DNA from: Candidatus Peribacteria bacterium
Lineage (GTDB): Bacteria > Patescibacteriota > Gracilibacteria > BD1-5 > UBA2023
Length of the DNA stretch: 61,988 bases
Direction of reading: 5' to 3'
Assembly: GCA_040383945.1 (NCBI GenBank)
Contig: JBEICN010000001.1
Location: 1-61,988, forward strand
The position numbers and the translations under genes were made by a program. This document shows positions 26,242 to 37,577 of this stretch, piece by piece. A model generated the notes under the pieces. The model did not search any database and was not told the origin of the DNA. It worked only from the letters and a program-made list of their open reading frames with translations. Each line of letters starts with the position of its first letter. The first letter of the stretch is position 1.

Positions 26242-27050
26242 TATTCGTTTTGGATTTTTGTTTTAATATTCCACTTACTCTTGATGCGAGAAAGCTCCCC
26301 GATATAAATCGTCCACTGCATGAGAAAGTTCTGATACTCTTCGTTGATAACGTCAATAAATTTCTCCTTGTCTTCTATAAATGTCTGATTTATATTTTTG
26401 AGTCCTATCAGGTAGCCGATATCTCGATAGGCGGCTACTTTTGTGGCAACCAAGGCCATACAGGCATTATCATCATAAAGAAACTGTGCCGTCTGCCCAT
26501 CTGTGGTCACACCACCAGTATACACTTGCAGAACTGCATTGATAGGATTCCCCTCGGATTGAATATCCTGGCATATTTTTTGATACTTAGCAGTGAAGCT
26601 TTTGTCAAAATTTGGACCAGTCAGATCGAACCAATCGACCAATTTTGCACTTACATCCGTAGATTTTTTGACTTTATCTCACTGGAAGGCCAATAATTCT
26701 TTTTTTATTTCCTGGTCGATTTTACGAAACTCCAAATCTAGTACTACTTGATACGCCACATCATGGGGTGCCGCTACCTGACCCTCTGGACAAATATAGT
26801 CCGTAATCGATTTTGGACCAGCTCCATTAGGTAGACGTGCCGCTATACAAGCATCGATTTTTTGCTTATATCCGGCAGTGGTGTTGTCCGCCAAAAGAAA
26901 TACAAAAAAGCCTCCAATAAGCAATGACAAAAAAGATACAAGAGCTAGGACAAAAAGCTTCAGAAGAAATTTTGGTCTAAACCAGCTTCGAGAGAAAACG
27001 CGTGGGGTATTTCTCGGGAGTGAGAGTATTTTTGGTTTTATCGATTTCAT
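26241..27050 (-). CDS. hypothetical membrane-anchored protein
   Basis: ORFs 26679..27050 and 26241..26642 are in frame over one TGA. One N-terminal TM helix. Stop TAA. Confidence 0.5.
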
Positions 27051-27319
27051 CGAAACATGGAAAGCAACTTCTGGAAGAGACTAGCAGGTTTTTGAGTTTT
27101 TTCAACCTCTACCCCGAACACGAGCATTTTTACTATAGAATAAAAAGAAAGCTTGTTGGTTTTGGTTAAACTTTCTGATTTTCTATCTTGGTATTCTTCG
27201 GTTTTCTTTATCCCGTAAATTGATGCTACTATACCCCCAAGGATAAGACCAGTAATGACCGCATCCATTTTTTTTATACCCTGCTTCGGGAGTGATTTTC
27301 TGAGCTTACTACCAAACAT
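27038..27319 (-). CDS. small hypothetical membrane protein
   Basis: ORF 27047..27319 reads through its TGA for two more codons to TAA at 27038-27040. One TM helix (AVITGLILGGIVASIYGI). Confidence 0.4.
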
Positions 27320-27756
27320 TATGACTCCAATTTATTGATCTTGATCGTTTTAGAAGGAAAATGTAACTTTGGCACAGAAACTGAAAGAAGATTATTTTCC
27401 ATAGTTGCACTCACTTTATTGAATGAGAGATTTTCTGGAAGAATAATGCTTCGCGAAAACGGTCCATAAAAACATTCATTGACGAGAATTCTTTGTGCTT
27501 CACCGTAGACAGATGGCCTCTCTCTTTCGCCGGAAATCGTAAGAATATTTCTGGTTACCGAAATATCAATATGACTCAGGTCAATTCCAGCAAGCGGTGC
27601 AACTATAACAACAGCACTCTCAGTATCGAGAATATCCAAAGCTACTTGCCCTACGTCAAGTATCGACTCTTCAACTTCTGTATGTTCGATGTGAATACTC
27701 CCATCGCTATGAGCATGATCATCTTTTTGCCCACCTAATCCGAAAAATTTTAACAT
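27319..27756 (-). CDS. Hsp20/alpha-crystallin family small heat shock protein
   Basis: Alpha-crystallin core: DILDTESAVVIVAPLAGIDLSHIDISV...LTISGER...FYGPFSRSIILPENL...ATMENNLLSVSVPK. ATG at 27756. Confidence 0.8.
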   Translation of the reverse strand: MLKFFGLGGQKDDHAHSDGSIHIEHTEVEESILDVGQVALDILDTESAVVIVAPLAGIDLSHIDISVTRNILTISGERERPSVYGEAQRILVNECFYGPFSRSIILPENLSFNKVSATMENNLLSVSVPKLHFPSKTIKINKLES

Positions 27757-27841
27757 AAACACAAAAGATAGTAACGAAAAGTGACTTTTTTGCAAAAGAA
27801 AGGGTAGTGTGATACTCTAAATTTAAGAATTTACTCCTTGC

Positions 27842-29077
27842 ATGGCATTCGAATTCAAAAAATATTTCTGAGAAATTACCCTCCTCCCGACCTGGTGGCC
27901 AAAAAAACAGTCTGGCAATTCGGGTTTTTCACTTCCCAAAGAGAAACCAAGTGCAAATACCAACACAAAGATTTCTCTGAATCGAAAAGAAAAAATATTC
28001 TTTTTGGATATGGTGGGTTCTTTGGTGGAAGCTGGAATTCCCTTGGTTAAATCCCTTCAACTCCTATATTTTCAGTCCAAAGAACCTGCTGTCAAGCAGG
28101 CATGTCTCTATGTAAAAACGCAAATCGAGCGGGGAAACAACCTCGGAACGACGAGTCGCGAACTACCAAGAGTGTTCGGGAGTTTTGATTGTGCCATGTT
28201 TGAAATGTGAGAGGCCACCGGAAAGATGGGGTACGTATTTGGGAAGCTTACAGAAAAAGAAGAAAAAATGCTAGAAATTGAGCGGAAGGTATTTGGGGCA
28301 ATGATATATCCAATTGCCGTCATTTCAGTGGCACTTCTTATGATGAGTGGATTGTTGATTTTTGTAATCCCGCGTATCGAAAAGATCTACCAGGACGCTC
28401 AGGCCATTCTTCCTCCTTTGACTCAGGGAGTGATTGCATTTTCTCATTTTCTTCAGTCATACGGTATCATTACCATAATCTTACTAGGGTTTTGCGGAAT
28501 CGGATTCAAGATACTGCTTCGCCAAGACAAAATACGGCTCGCGGTAGATAGGAGCATTATGACGTTGCCAATTTTTGGAAAGTTGATTCAATATCGAATT
28601 TTGGTGAGCTTTTGCAACTTCCTCTCGCTACTGCTTGCTTCAGGAATTACAATACATCGAGCTCTCGAAATTGTCTCGAGTGGATTATGAAACTCCTATT
28701 ACTCCGGCCATGTACGCGGAATTATCAATGATATACGAACGGGTACACATCTTTCTAATGCCGTAGGAGGGGCGTACCTTGAAAAAAAAATGGCTGGCGA
28801 GCCTACTGACTCGAATGAAATGCTGATTAACAAAGAGCGTCTTGAAATTTTTACCGTAGAGCTCTCTACATCGATCAAAGTTGGAGAGCAGACCGGCTCT
28901 CTTTCACAGATGCTCGAAAAAGCGGGAAAACGCTATGAAAAAGAGATCGATGTTCGAGTGAAAAATCTCAATGCCCTCCTAGAGCCAATTGTAATCATCA
29001 TTATCGGAGCAGGAGTGTGAGTGATCATTTTGGCGATCATGATGCCATTTTTCAATATGGCAAAAGTGGTCGGGTAG
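27842..29077 (+). CDS. pilC: type II secretion / type IV pilus platform protein (GspF/PilC family)
   Basis: Two GspF repeats, each followed by TM helices (first repeat runs VGSLVEAGIPLVKSL to GEATGKM; the second ends EQTGSL). Four same-frame pieces. Stop TAG at 29075-29077. Confidence 0.85.
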
Positions 29078-29080
29078 GAC

Positions 29081-30154
29081 CTATTCTTTGCTTGCAGCAG
29101 CAAGTTTAGCGCTCTGATCAGCAATCTGCAGCGCTTCTACAATATGCTTGAGTTTTCCTTGCATTATCGCAGGAATGTTGGAGAAGTTTGCGCCGATGCG
29201 ATGATCGGTAACGCGATCCTGAGGAAAATTATAGGTTCGGATTTTTTCTGATCGATCACCCGTACCCACTTGCGCGAGTCGTGCTGAACCGAGTGCGGCA
29301 CTTCGTTTGGCTTCTTCAAGTGCCCATATACGAGCCCGGAGAATGACGAGGGCCTTCATTTTATTTTGAAGTTGAGAACGCTCATCCTGACACTCAACAG
29401 CAATACCAGTAGGAAGATGTACCATGCGAATCGCAGAGTTTGTTTTGTTAACTGCTTGTCCGCCCGCACCACTAGAACGACATACCATAATATCCAGGTC
29501 TTCATCTCGAATGACAATATCGAGCGCTTCTACTTCGGGAAGTACGGCAACGGTAATCGTGCTCGTATGCACTCTCCCTTTGGCTTCTGTTTCGGGAATT
29601 CTCTGCACTCGATGGGTTCCACCTTCAAACTTAAACTGAGAATATGCGCCACTTCCGCTGATTTTGAAAATCTTTTCTTTGATACCACCGATATCAAGTG
29701 CATTTTCTTCCAGCACCTCTACCTGAAACCCGGATTCCTTGGCAAAAATCTCATATGCATTGGCAAGTTCACGAGCGAATAATGCCGCTTCATCGCCTCC
29801 CGCGCCAGACCTAATTTCCAAAATAATATTTTTGTCATCGTTTGGATCTTTTGGCAAAAGTGCCAACTTAATAGCCTCTTCGAGTTCAGGGATTTTGATG
29901 TCCGTTTCCGCCAACTGCATCTTCGCGAGCTCGATCAATTCCGGATCTTTTTCGGTAGAGAGAATTTCTTTGGCTTCGGCGAGGTTTTGGATTTGCGCTT
30001 TGTATTGCAAGTAGAGATGTACCGTGTTTTCCAGGGATTTCTTCTTGAGCATGGTTTCCTTAAGGAGTTTTGGGTCGCCATAAATATCTCCGTCCTGAAG
30101 TTTGAGTTCAATGGAGTGAAAATCTTCTACCAAATGATCGAGTTCGAATTTCAT
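29081..30154 (-). CDS. prfA: peptide chain release factor 1
   Basis: PET anticodon-mimic tripeptide (RIPETEAKGRVHTS) and SGAGGQAVNKT (GGQ motif). No in-frame TGA. ATG at 30154. Confidence 0.9.
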   Translation of the reverse strand: MKFELDHLVEDFHSIELKLQDGDIYGDPKLLKETMLKKKSLENTVHLYLQYKAQIQNLAEAKEILSTEKDPELIELAKMQLAETDIKIPELEEAIKLALLPKDPNDDKNIILEIRSGAGGDEAALFARELANAYEIFAKESGFQVEVLEENALDIGGIKEKIFKISGSGAYSQFKFEGGTHRVQRIPETEAKGRVHTSTITVAVLPEVEALDIVIRDEDLDIMVCRSSGAGGQAVNKTNSAIRMVHLPTGIAVECQDERSQLQNKMKALVILRARIWALEEAKRSAALGSARLAQVGTGDRSEKIRTYNFPQDRVTDHRIGANFSNIPAIMQGKLKHIVEALQIADQSAKLAAASKE

Positions 30155-30263
30155 AATATTGATTGTTTGAAGCGGAATTGTAGGGAAAAAATCGAAAAAA
30201 TCCATAGATTTTGCATTTTCCCCAGGTTTCGATACTATCTAGCCCGTTCGCGATATGCGATAT

Positions 30264-30347
30264 GCCCTGATGGCGGAATGGTAGACGCGGAGGACTCAAA
30301 ATCCTCTTCCCTCGGGAGTGCGGGTTCAAGTCCCGCTTGGGGCACCA
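30264..30347 (+). tRNA. tRNA-Leu (anticodon CAA), type II with long variable arm
   Basis: Anticodon arm GAGGA-CTCAAAA-TCCTC, variable arm TTCCCTCGGGAGT, T arm GCGGG-TTCAAGT-CCCGC, encoded CCA. Confidence 0.9.
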
Positions 30348-30391
30348 AAAAAATTAAGCCCTCGTTCGTGAGAACGGGGGATTATTTTTTT
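30348..30391. terminator. bidirectional terminator hairpin
   Basis: CCCTCGTTC-GTGA-GAACGGGGG, flanked by an A-run on the left and a T-run on the right. Confidence 0.55.
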
Positions 30392-30395
30392 GTGT

Positions 30396-30545
30396 CTTCC
30401 GGTGGTGGGACTTGAACCGCAGCCACACGGTCGATCTGCGGAGCAGGCGACCGGGAGAAAGCCACCAAAGTGGCTTTCGTGGCAAGGCGTTCCTCGAAGC
30501 GAGCATCCGATCCCTGTAAGGGTCGGTGCGACACTGAGAGGAAAA
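30396..30545 (-). ncRNA. GC-rich structured RNA candidate, class unknown (strand tentative)
   Basis: About 150 nt, much more G+C-rich than its surroundings, non-coding in all frames. Nested perfect hairpins: GAAAGCCAC-CAAA-GTGGCTTTC, CCGCAG-N13-CTGCGG, CCGATCC-N6-GGGTCGG. The terminator at 30348-30391 lies on its - strand 3' side. Confidence 0.35.
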
Positions 30546-30798
30546 AGTCATGCTTGTCAATCGAAATTCCCAAAAAAACTTTTGTTTGAAAAAATATATC
30601 CTATACTCCCCTTACTATATTTCACGTGCATCTGCCCGCGTATTTTTCTCTACAATTTTACGCATACATTGGTGAGACTGTCTGGTTCGATCATCGCATC
30701 AGCCACAATCACCTTCACCCTTGCTCCCTGTGATACAGTGAGCCTGGGAATCCTGCACACAGGGAACAAATTTGGGCACAACGAAAATTTGGTGAAAG

Positions 30799-30824
30799 AA
30801 CCGAGTATATTTGCTCGGTTTTTT
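30799..30824 (+). terminator. orphan rho-independent terminator-like hairpin
   Basis: AACCGAG-N8-CTCGGTT followed by TTTT. No annotated + strand gene lies upstream of it. Confidence 0.45.
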
Positions 30825-30876
30825 GCTTGTTTGGTGGAGATTGTGTATACTGAAAGTGTAATTATCTAGATATATC

Positions 30877-33800
30877 ATGACTACCAACTCAGAATCACCC
30901 GAAAGTGGGAGCAATTCTCAAAATACTAACTTGCAAAAAGTGACTCGAGCAAGGTTGTTAATTGAGGGTAGGATTGCGATCAAATTTGATGAAGCTATCT
31001 CGATTTCAAGGGATGCTGAGGGTTTTATCAAAAAGCATCTTTCCAACAAAAACAATGCCATCACCTTTGTAAATACCGAGTGGGAAAAAGTGGTCAAAGT
31101 TGACTCCAGCCTTGATGAAGTTATAAGCGAAGCAGATCTGGCAAAAATTGCTCAAAAACTTCGAGTAGAATTTATTGCAAAGGCGAAAAGTTTTGAGAAG
31201 AACCGAAACGACATCAAAAATGCCATTGTTCGAACGTACCAATTGAATGAAGCACAAATAGCCGGTATCAATACGGCCATTGCTGATATTCCTAGTCAAC
31301 AACTCAACTCGTATTTCTCTGCCAGCAGACAGAGAGAATTGCTCAAACGAGTTTGTGAGGAATTACGTCAAAATGTTCCTGTAACACTCGGAGCATATGA
31401 GCAGCTGATAAAGATTTTCTGAAGAAAAGAAGTGCGAGCGTTTGATAACAACACTGTAGCTATACTTGTACGTGCATACAATGATGGGGGTATAGAATCA
31501 GAGGACTTCCTGGATATTTGGGGCAAACTATCTACAAACTCTCGCCCTAAACTTCTTTCCATTTTTTCTGTTTACCTTCCACTACAGACTCTCCAGCGGG
31601 CAGACACTACCATATTTTCAACAGAAGCACTCAAGGCGGCTGTCATGGCTCAGATACAAACATCTCTTCCAGATGATCTAAGAACAGAAGGCAATGATGC
31701 AGCACTAGGAGAACTGGAGTGGACCGATATTCAAGACTTATATATCAATGAGGAAGTCATAACAAAACTTTTAAACGAAGCAAGTAGTCCATTTCCAGAT
31801 AAGCTTATAGTACCATTTAGGCAATGGCTTGAAGAACAAGTTGAAGCTGCAGCTGAAGAAAAAAACGACGACGCAGACAAAAGCTCACAACCTCGAGAGT
31901 CTACTGGGACAGTGAGCCAAAATAATGAGAGTATCGCAGATAATAGACTTGAAGCAATTATTACAGCACTTTCTGAATCAGGCTGAGAAACTTTAGAATG
32001 ATTAGACTTGCTTCAAGAGGAGAACTTTTTATCAGGAAAAAAGGCACTGATATTGACCTCTCAAAAAAATAATACACAAGCTACTTACAGAATAGAAGTT
32101 GTTCGCGATCAAAAGCCTAAAAACTGATGAAGTACCAAAATACGCATCACAAAGCTGGGGGAAGAATGAGCTGATCTTACTAATTCACGGGAGATGTCCC
32201 TACAAAAATTTGGTAGATTTCTCGATACATTCGACAAGTTGGAATTTAAAAAAGATAGTACAGTTGCTGCCAAAAAGACCACTGACACTCCAGAAAATAC
32301 TGAAAATGTTTCAGAAGAAGAATTCAATGAGCTCGATCTTGAAGACTGAGAAGTCGAAGAAGCTACCAATACTAATTCTGAAGCACTAGGAGAGTCCCCA
32401 GGTGCCCTACTAGACGAAGCAGAAAACGCGGACACCATCGTTACTCCTCCTAGAGAAGAAACTCAGGACGAGCAAGATCAGCTACCGAACAGTCTAGATT
32501 CATTCAACAAGGCAGTTTCCGAAAAAATGGGAACAGCCATCTCGCTTACCAAAAACAACTGCATAAGCATAGGAAAACCAGGAACTGAAAAATACAATGT
32601 GTATCGCATTAAAGATTTTACGGAAACTGGCATTATCTTCTGGAATAACTCGCAAACAACTCCCGAAGAAGAAGTAAGCTTCGCGGATCTCTACGAAAAA
32701 GGCGTAAAAAATGAAACCGCTGCTTTCAAGGTGCTGGAAAATAAACTCGAGACCATCGAAGATCTCTTGGGTATCATGCAACAGAATTCAACCCAAAAAG
32801 CCCTTTGGAAAGAACTCGAAGTGACTCGCGACAACAAAGATAATCCTATATTTGATTTTGTTGATCGCAGGTTTGATTCTACCAAAACGAAAAAGCAGTA
32901 TTTTCCTGGAAATGATGGGAAAATCATAGAAATCATTTCCATAGACAATGGGAAGGCACATATCAGAGTCGGGGAAGAATTCCAAAAATCAAATAAAAGT
33001 TCGCAGGCAAGCACGGCAAAGTGGTTCCAGGAAGAACAAGTTCCTCTGCAATATTTAGTACTTTACATGACAAGATTTTCTTGTGCGCCATGGAATGAGC
33101 CACCTCGGGAAATCGCATCACGAGCAGTTCCAGAAGAGGCAAAAACCACGAATGGAAAGATGAAATCGATTTTTGGAAGATTGAGTGCGTATGATATCAT
33201 GTCTGGATCCAAGAAGTTCATGGAGGCATTCAAACATCAGCTCCAACATGGCAATCATCTCCAAGAACAGCGAGTTATGCTTGGCATCGCAAAAAAAATA
33301 GGACTCGACAGCTGGAATAGTGAGTGGTACGCAGATTTCAAATCACAGTATGAAAATGGGGAGAAAAAACTCATCGAAGAACGACTCGAGTCCCTCGGAA
33401 AAATGTGAACCCCCGATCGACACAGGTCTATACGTGCCTCCTTGCTCAATAACGGAACCCATGATTATGACCATTGGACCAATGCGCTTTCTATGCTGGA
33501 AAAACATGGAAATCTCTACGCAGGAGGACTTCAGGATTTGGAAGGAAGCTGGATATTTTTTAAGCGCATAGCCGGCATTCCACTTAGCGCCAATGTAAAT
33601 GACTATACAGAGTTTCAATCTGCAGTCGAAAATATTCAGAAAAAAGGGATTGATAATATTACCGAAGAAGCGGTGATTGAGGAGTATATGAAAACGAATC
33701 CCCACTTTCAGAATTCCCAAATATGGAGAATGGTGAAAAAGCGCGTCAAGGAAGGAACCGATACCGAATTTACTAATGGTGGAAATGAGGTGGAACAATT

Positions 33801-35133
33801 TATCAATCTCGAACAGCGACTTGGATATGCGATGGGAAAATTCCAGTCCAAAGAGTATGCTCATGGCATTGGCGCTATGGAAAAAATATTTGAAAAGGAG
33901 GGTTCTGCATGGAAAAAGCAAAGCATCGGGTTTTTACTCGCCATGAGTCGAATACCGGAACGACTACCTCGGCCTATATTGGATAAGTTTATTCCAATGT
34001 TTGATCAGTGACGAACCCACTCGCCCTCGCTGGCGTTCATTAAAGACAGGAGCAGCCAAGAAAAATTCCGAGACGCTGTCCGTGCTATTGTTGAGGTAAA
34101 GAAAGAGCGCCTCATAGCTGATTGAAAAGTAGCCGAGGGGCAGAAAATTCAAGAAGATTTTGATGGCATGATGAAAGCTATCCGCACCAACACAGATACC
34201 ACGTCTTCTTCCAATGGATCATCGCTCAAATTTAAGACAGATGCCTACGACAAAGTGGACAGCTTTTGGAAAAAGTACGGAAAGGAAATCCAGTATGAAT
34301 TAACCGGAAATCCAAAAGGCTCAATTATGATTTCAGAAACAGAACTCAAAAAGCGGCCCGCCCTCGCCGAGTATAAAGCCATGCTCACGGCGCAACTCGG
34401 AAATACCAACATCATGAATGGAGTTGAGCTTGATAATGGCACACCGCTTATGGATGGCGAGGCTGGCTCCGGGGTGATTTCCTTCAAACCCGGTAAAATA
34501 CTTGACAAGATGGGCCTACAAATCCATCATGGAGGATTCAGTTGAAGTGATCTAGAGCGAGCCCTGCAAAGTGATTTCCGAGCAAGCATGGAAATGATTC
34601 GTGATACCAAAGAATTGAGTGAAGAAGACAAAAAGGCATGGTTCAAAAATATCTATGTCGAATACGTCAAGAAAATCACCGCAACATCAAATCTTACGAC
34701 ATTCTTGGAGCACTCCACCGTACAGCCATTCAATAAACTTGGACTGGTTCCTCCCCTGTATGCTTCCGAAGTAGAAATTAATGCAAAAATTCTCAATCTT
34801 CAAAAAGCACTTAGAGATATACAGCTCTCTATCGCGATGAAAAAAGCAGAACTAAAACGAGATACTCCCGCAGAAAAACAAAAAGAAATAAATGAAGAAA
34901 TTATCAAAAAGAACCAAGATGCAGCGGTGCTGCAACGAGTGATACGAGAAACAGAATGAACTCGAGGGCGATATGTTGAATATGACGAAAATAACCCTTT
35001 GCATGAAGCTCATTTTGAGCAGCAATTCCGAGTATTTATGAAGCAGGCAAGCTCAACGGTTACCGTAACAAAAAATACTGCCAACTTGGTAGATGATATT
35101 ATTCATAGAAATGCTGAGCCAAGTTTGGTATAA
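30877..35133 (+). CDS. giant hypothetical protein (1418 aa), no recognisable domain
   Basis: Six ORF-track pieces (30877, 31432, 32527, 33442, 34168, 34588) all share a frame. I read every gap codon by codon and found only TGA (about 12 in total). Stop TAA at 35131-35133. No signal peptide or TM helix. Acidic low-complexity linker around 32280-32480. Confidence 0.7.
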
Positions 35134-35241
35134 ATTCCAAAACGCTCAACATACACAGAAGACTTTCAGATGATATGAATACGCCCCCTGCAGAATAAAT
35201 AATTTTGTTGCTGTATCTACATTTGTGTATATACTCGAGGC

Positions 35242-36375
35242 ATGACTCGTATTTGAATCGATGCAAGAATGTATGGCAGCATGTTTACTGGAATTGGGAA
35301 ACATGTTGCTTGTCTTATTGCCGAACTTTCTCGGCTCGTAGTGGCGGAAGACCAGATTACTTTCGTAATTTTTTGTAAACCCGAAAATGTCGAACAAATA
35401 CGGGAACTCTCTGAACATTTCGAGGTTATTGGGGTCAATATTCCGCACTATTCACTTCGAGAGCAATGCATCTTTCCGTACATACTGTATAGATCCAGGC
35501 TTGATTTGATGCATTTCCCTCACTTTAACGCCCCCATCTTCTATCGTGCCAAAACCGTAGTAACTATTCACGATCTTATTCTTTCTTTTTATCCAGGAAA
35601 GTCCATAGGCTCTTGGCTCAAAGAACTCGCCTACCGTATCACTTTGAACTCAGCAGTAAAGAACGCCGAGTGAATCATTGCCGTAAGTGAACACACAAAA
35701 AAAGATCTCATAGACTTACTTGATACAGAAGAGGAGAAAATTGGCGTAATCTACCATGGAGTCGACACCATATTTTCGACCCGAGCTTCCAACGAACGCA
35801 TTGCTGAAGTTTGAAAAAAGCTCGGCATTCCGGGGAAATATATTCTCTATTTGGGACTGCATAGAGAGCATAAAAACCTATGACGACTGGTTCGTGCCTT
35901 TGGAATTTTGGTATCGAGAGGATATGAGGGCACTTTGGTGCTTGGGGGGAAAGAAGATCCAAGAACCAATGAGGCAAGAGAAGCGGTTCGAGAACTTGGG
36001 CTAAAACATCGGGTTGTTTTCCCATGATACATGGAGTTTTGAGATGTGCTACCTTTGATACAAGGTGCGGAAGTATATGTTATGCCGTCTTTATATGAAG
36101 GATTTTGACTCCCCATTTTGGAGGCTATGGCATGTGGTGTTCCCGTAGCAGCATCAAAAACTACCTCACTTCCTGAAGTCGGCGGATGAGCGGCGAGATA
36201 TTTTCACCCCCTACGGATCAACGAGATGGCTGATGTTATTGAAGATATTATCAAGTCAAAAAAGCTTCAAAGCGAGATGATAGATCTCTGAAGTAAACAA
36301 GTAAAAAAATTCAATTGGCATACCATGGCAAAAGAAACGCTCGCAGTATACCAAAAAATACTTCATACCAAGTAG
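35242..36375 (+). CDS. glycosyltransferase, GT4/GT-B family
   Basis: N-terminal IGIDARMYG...GIGKH and C-terminal [21 protein letters not shown] motif. About ten in-frame TGA. Stop TAG at 36373-36375. Confidence 0.8.
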
Positions 36376-36431
36376 CTATACTCGGCTGAGCACATTACTC
36401 TTTGTTTTAAAAAATCTGAACGCTGTTCCAG

Positions 36432-37112
36432 CTAGTACTGTTCAAACTTTATGTATTCTTTTTGAACTCCAAGCTCGGCAAGTTTTGCTCTTGCGGATTT
36501 AACCATAGCTGGACTTCCGCAAATATAAAACTCGGAAAACTGGGCAACATATTCGGCGGTAAGGATATCCGTAACATATCCCTTTCTCGCATTTTCAGAA
36601 GCGTCCTGACTCAAAAATTGAACGAAGGAGAAATTCGAGCTTTTAGCAGTTAATCTCTCAAACTCTGATCGATAGAATATATCATCGGTAGTGCGTACCC
36701 CAAAAACAAACTCTGTCTTGGAGGCAAAATTTTGCTCTTCTAGTGCGCGTACCTGAAAATATAGTGGAGCAAATCCAGTTCCTGTGCCGAGAAAAAGCCG
36801 GGGAACATCAGAATTAGTCAGCACAAAGTGTCACATCGGTCCCATTCCGGTGAACACTGTACCGATCGGCGAATCACAAATTTCACTACTGCCCGATCAC
36901 TCAAATGGAATTCTTTTGATAATAAAGGTGAACTTACCGTCTTTTGCAAAGGAAACAGAGTAGGCTCGCTTGAGTCCAGAAGGAAGTTGAAACAGTACGT
37001 ACTGCCCAGGCTGTGGCTGGGGAGATTCACTGGAACTACAAGTTACTTCAAATACATCTTTCGTGAGAGATATTTTATTATCAAGTCGAAAAGCGGAGGT
37101 GATAATTGCCAT
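36432..37112 (-). CDS. ferredoxin-NADP reductase-like FAD/NAD(P)-binding oxidoreductase
   Basis: RAYS FAD-binding motif, GTGTGFAP NAD(P)-binding motif, and C-terminal YICGSPAMV. Pieces 36897..37112 and 36432..36824 joined over two TGA. Confidence 0.7.
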
Positions 37113-37183
37113 ACAAAAAAATAAATTTGGCTGCAGTATACATAATATACAGCAGCCAAAAAAAGAATTACAGATTTTTTGAA

Positions 37184-37552
37184 TTATACTTCCTCTAAAC
37201 TTGACTGGCGAAGTCGATTGAGTTCATTAACTATTTCAGCGTATTCTCTAACTTTTGCCGCTCCACTGATTCAAGTTGAAAATGAAAATTCTGGAATAAT
37301 GGGGACAAGCTTAGCGAGCAGTCAAGACTTGATTTCTGCAACCTTGATTTGATCGTTTACTGTGTCAGAAACTGAGGCCACCATACTGGCAACGGAATGC
37401 TCTTTTGCAGGAGGCGTTGGTGCAATAGGATTTGTACCACTTTGATCACTCAACACTGGAACACTCTCCACTTGACCATGGAGTATTTGTCCACTCTCTC
37501 GAGTAGCACTTGGTGTTTTATACGGAGTCTGCGGTGAATCAACGGTAGTCAT
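37184..37552 (-). CDS. hypothetical protein
   Basis: ORF 37322..37552 extends through TGA to TAA at 37184-37186. Pro/Ser/Thr-rich N-terminus and a helical C-terminus. Confidence 0.4.
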
Positions 37553-37577
37553 ACAACAGTATTATACCAGAATTCTA

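Noticed and set aside
30396-30545. Assigning the GC-rich element to SRP RNA, RNase P RNA, tmRNA or a tRNA pseudogene
   Set aside because: Only partial motif resemblance exists: a helix-8-like string, GAGAGGAAAAAGTC versus GAGGAAAGUCC, and a TTCAAGT loop. The required pairing partners (GNRA-closed helix 8, P4 3' strand, T-stem) are absent in my manual folds. It is kept as an RNA of unknown class.
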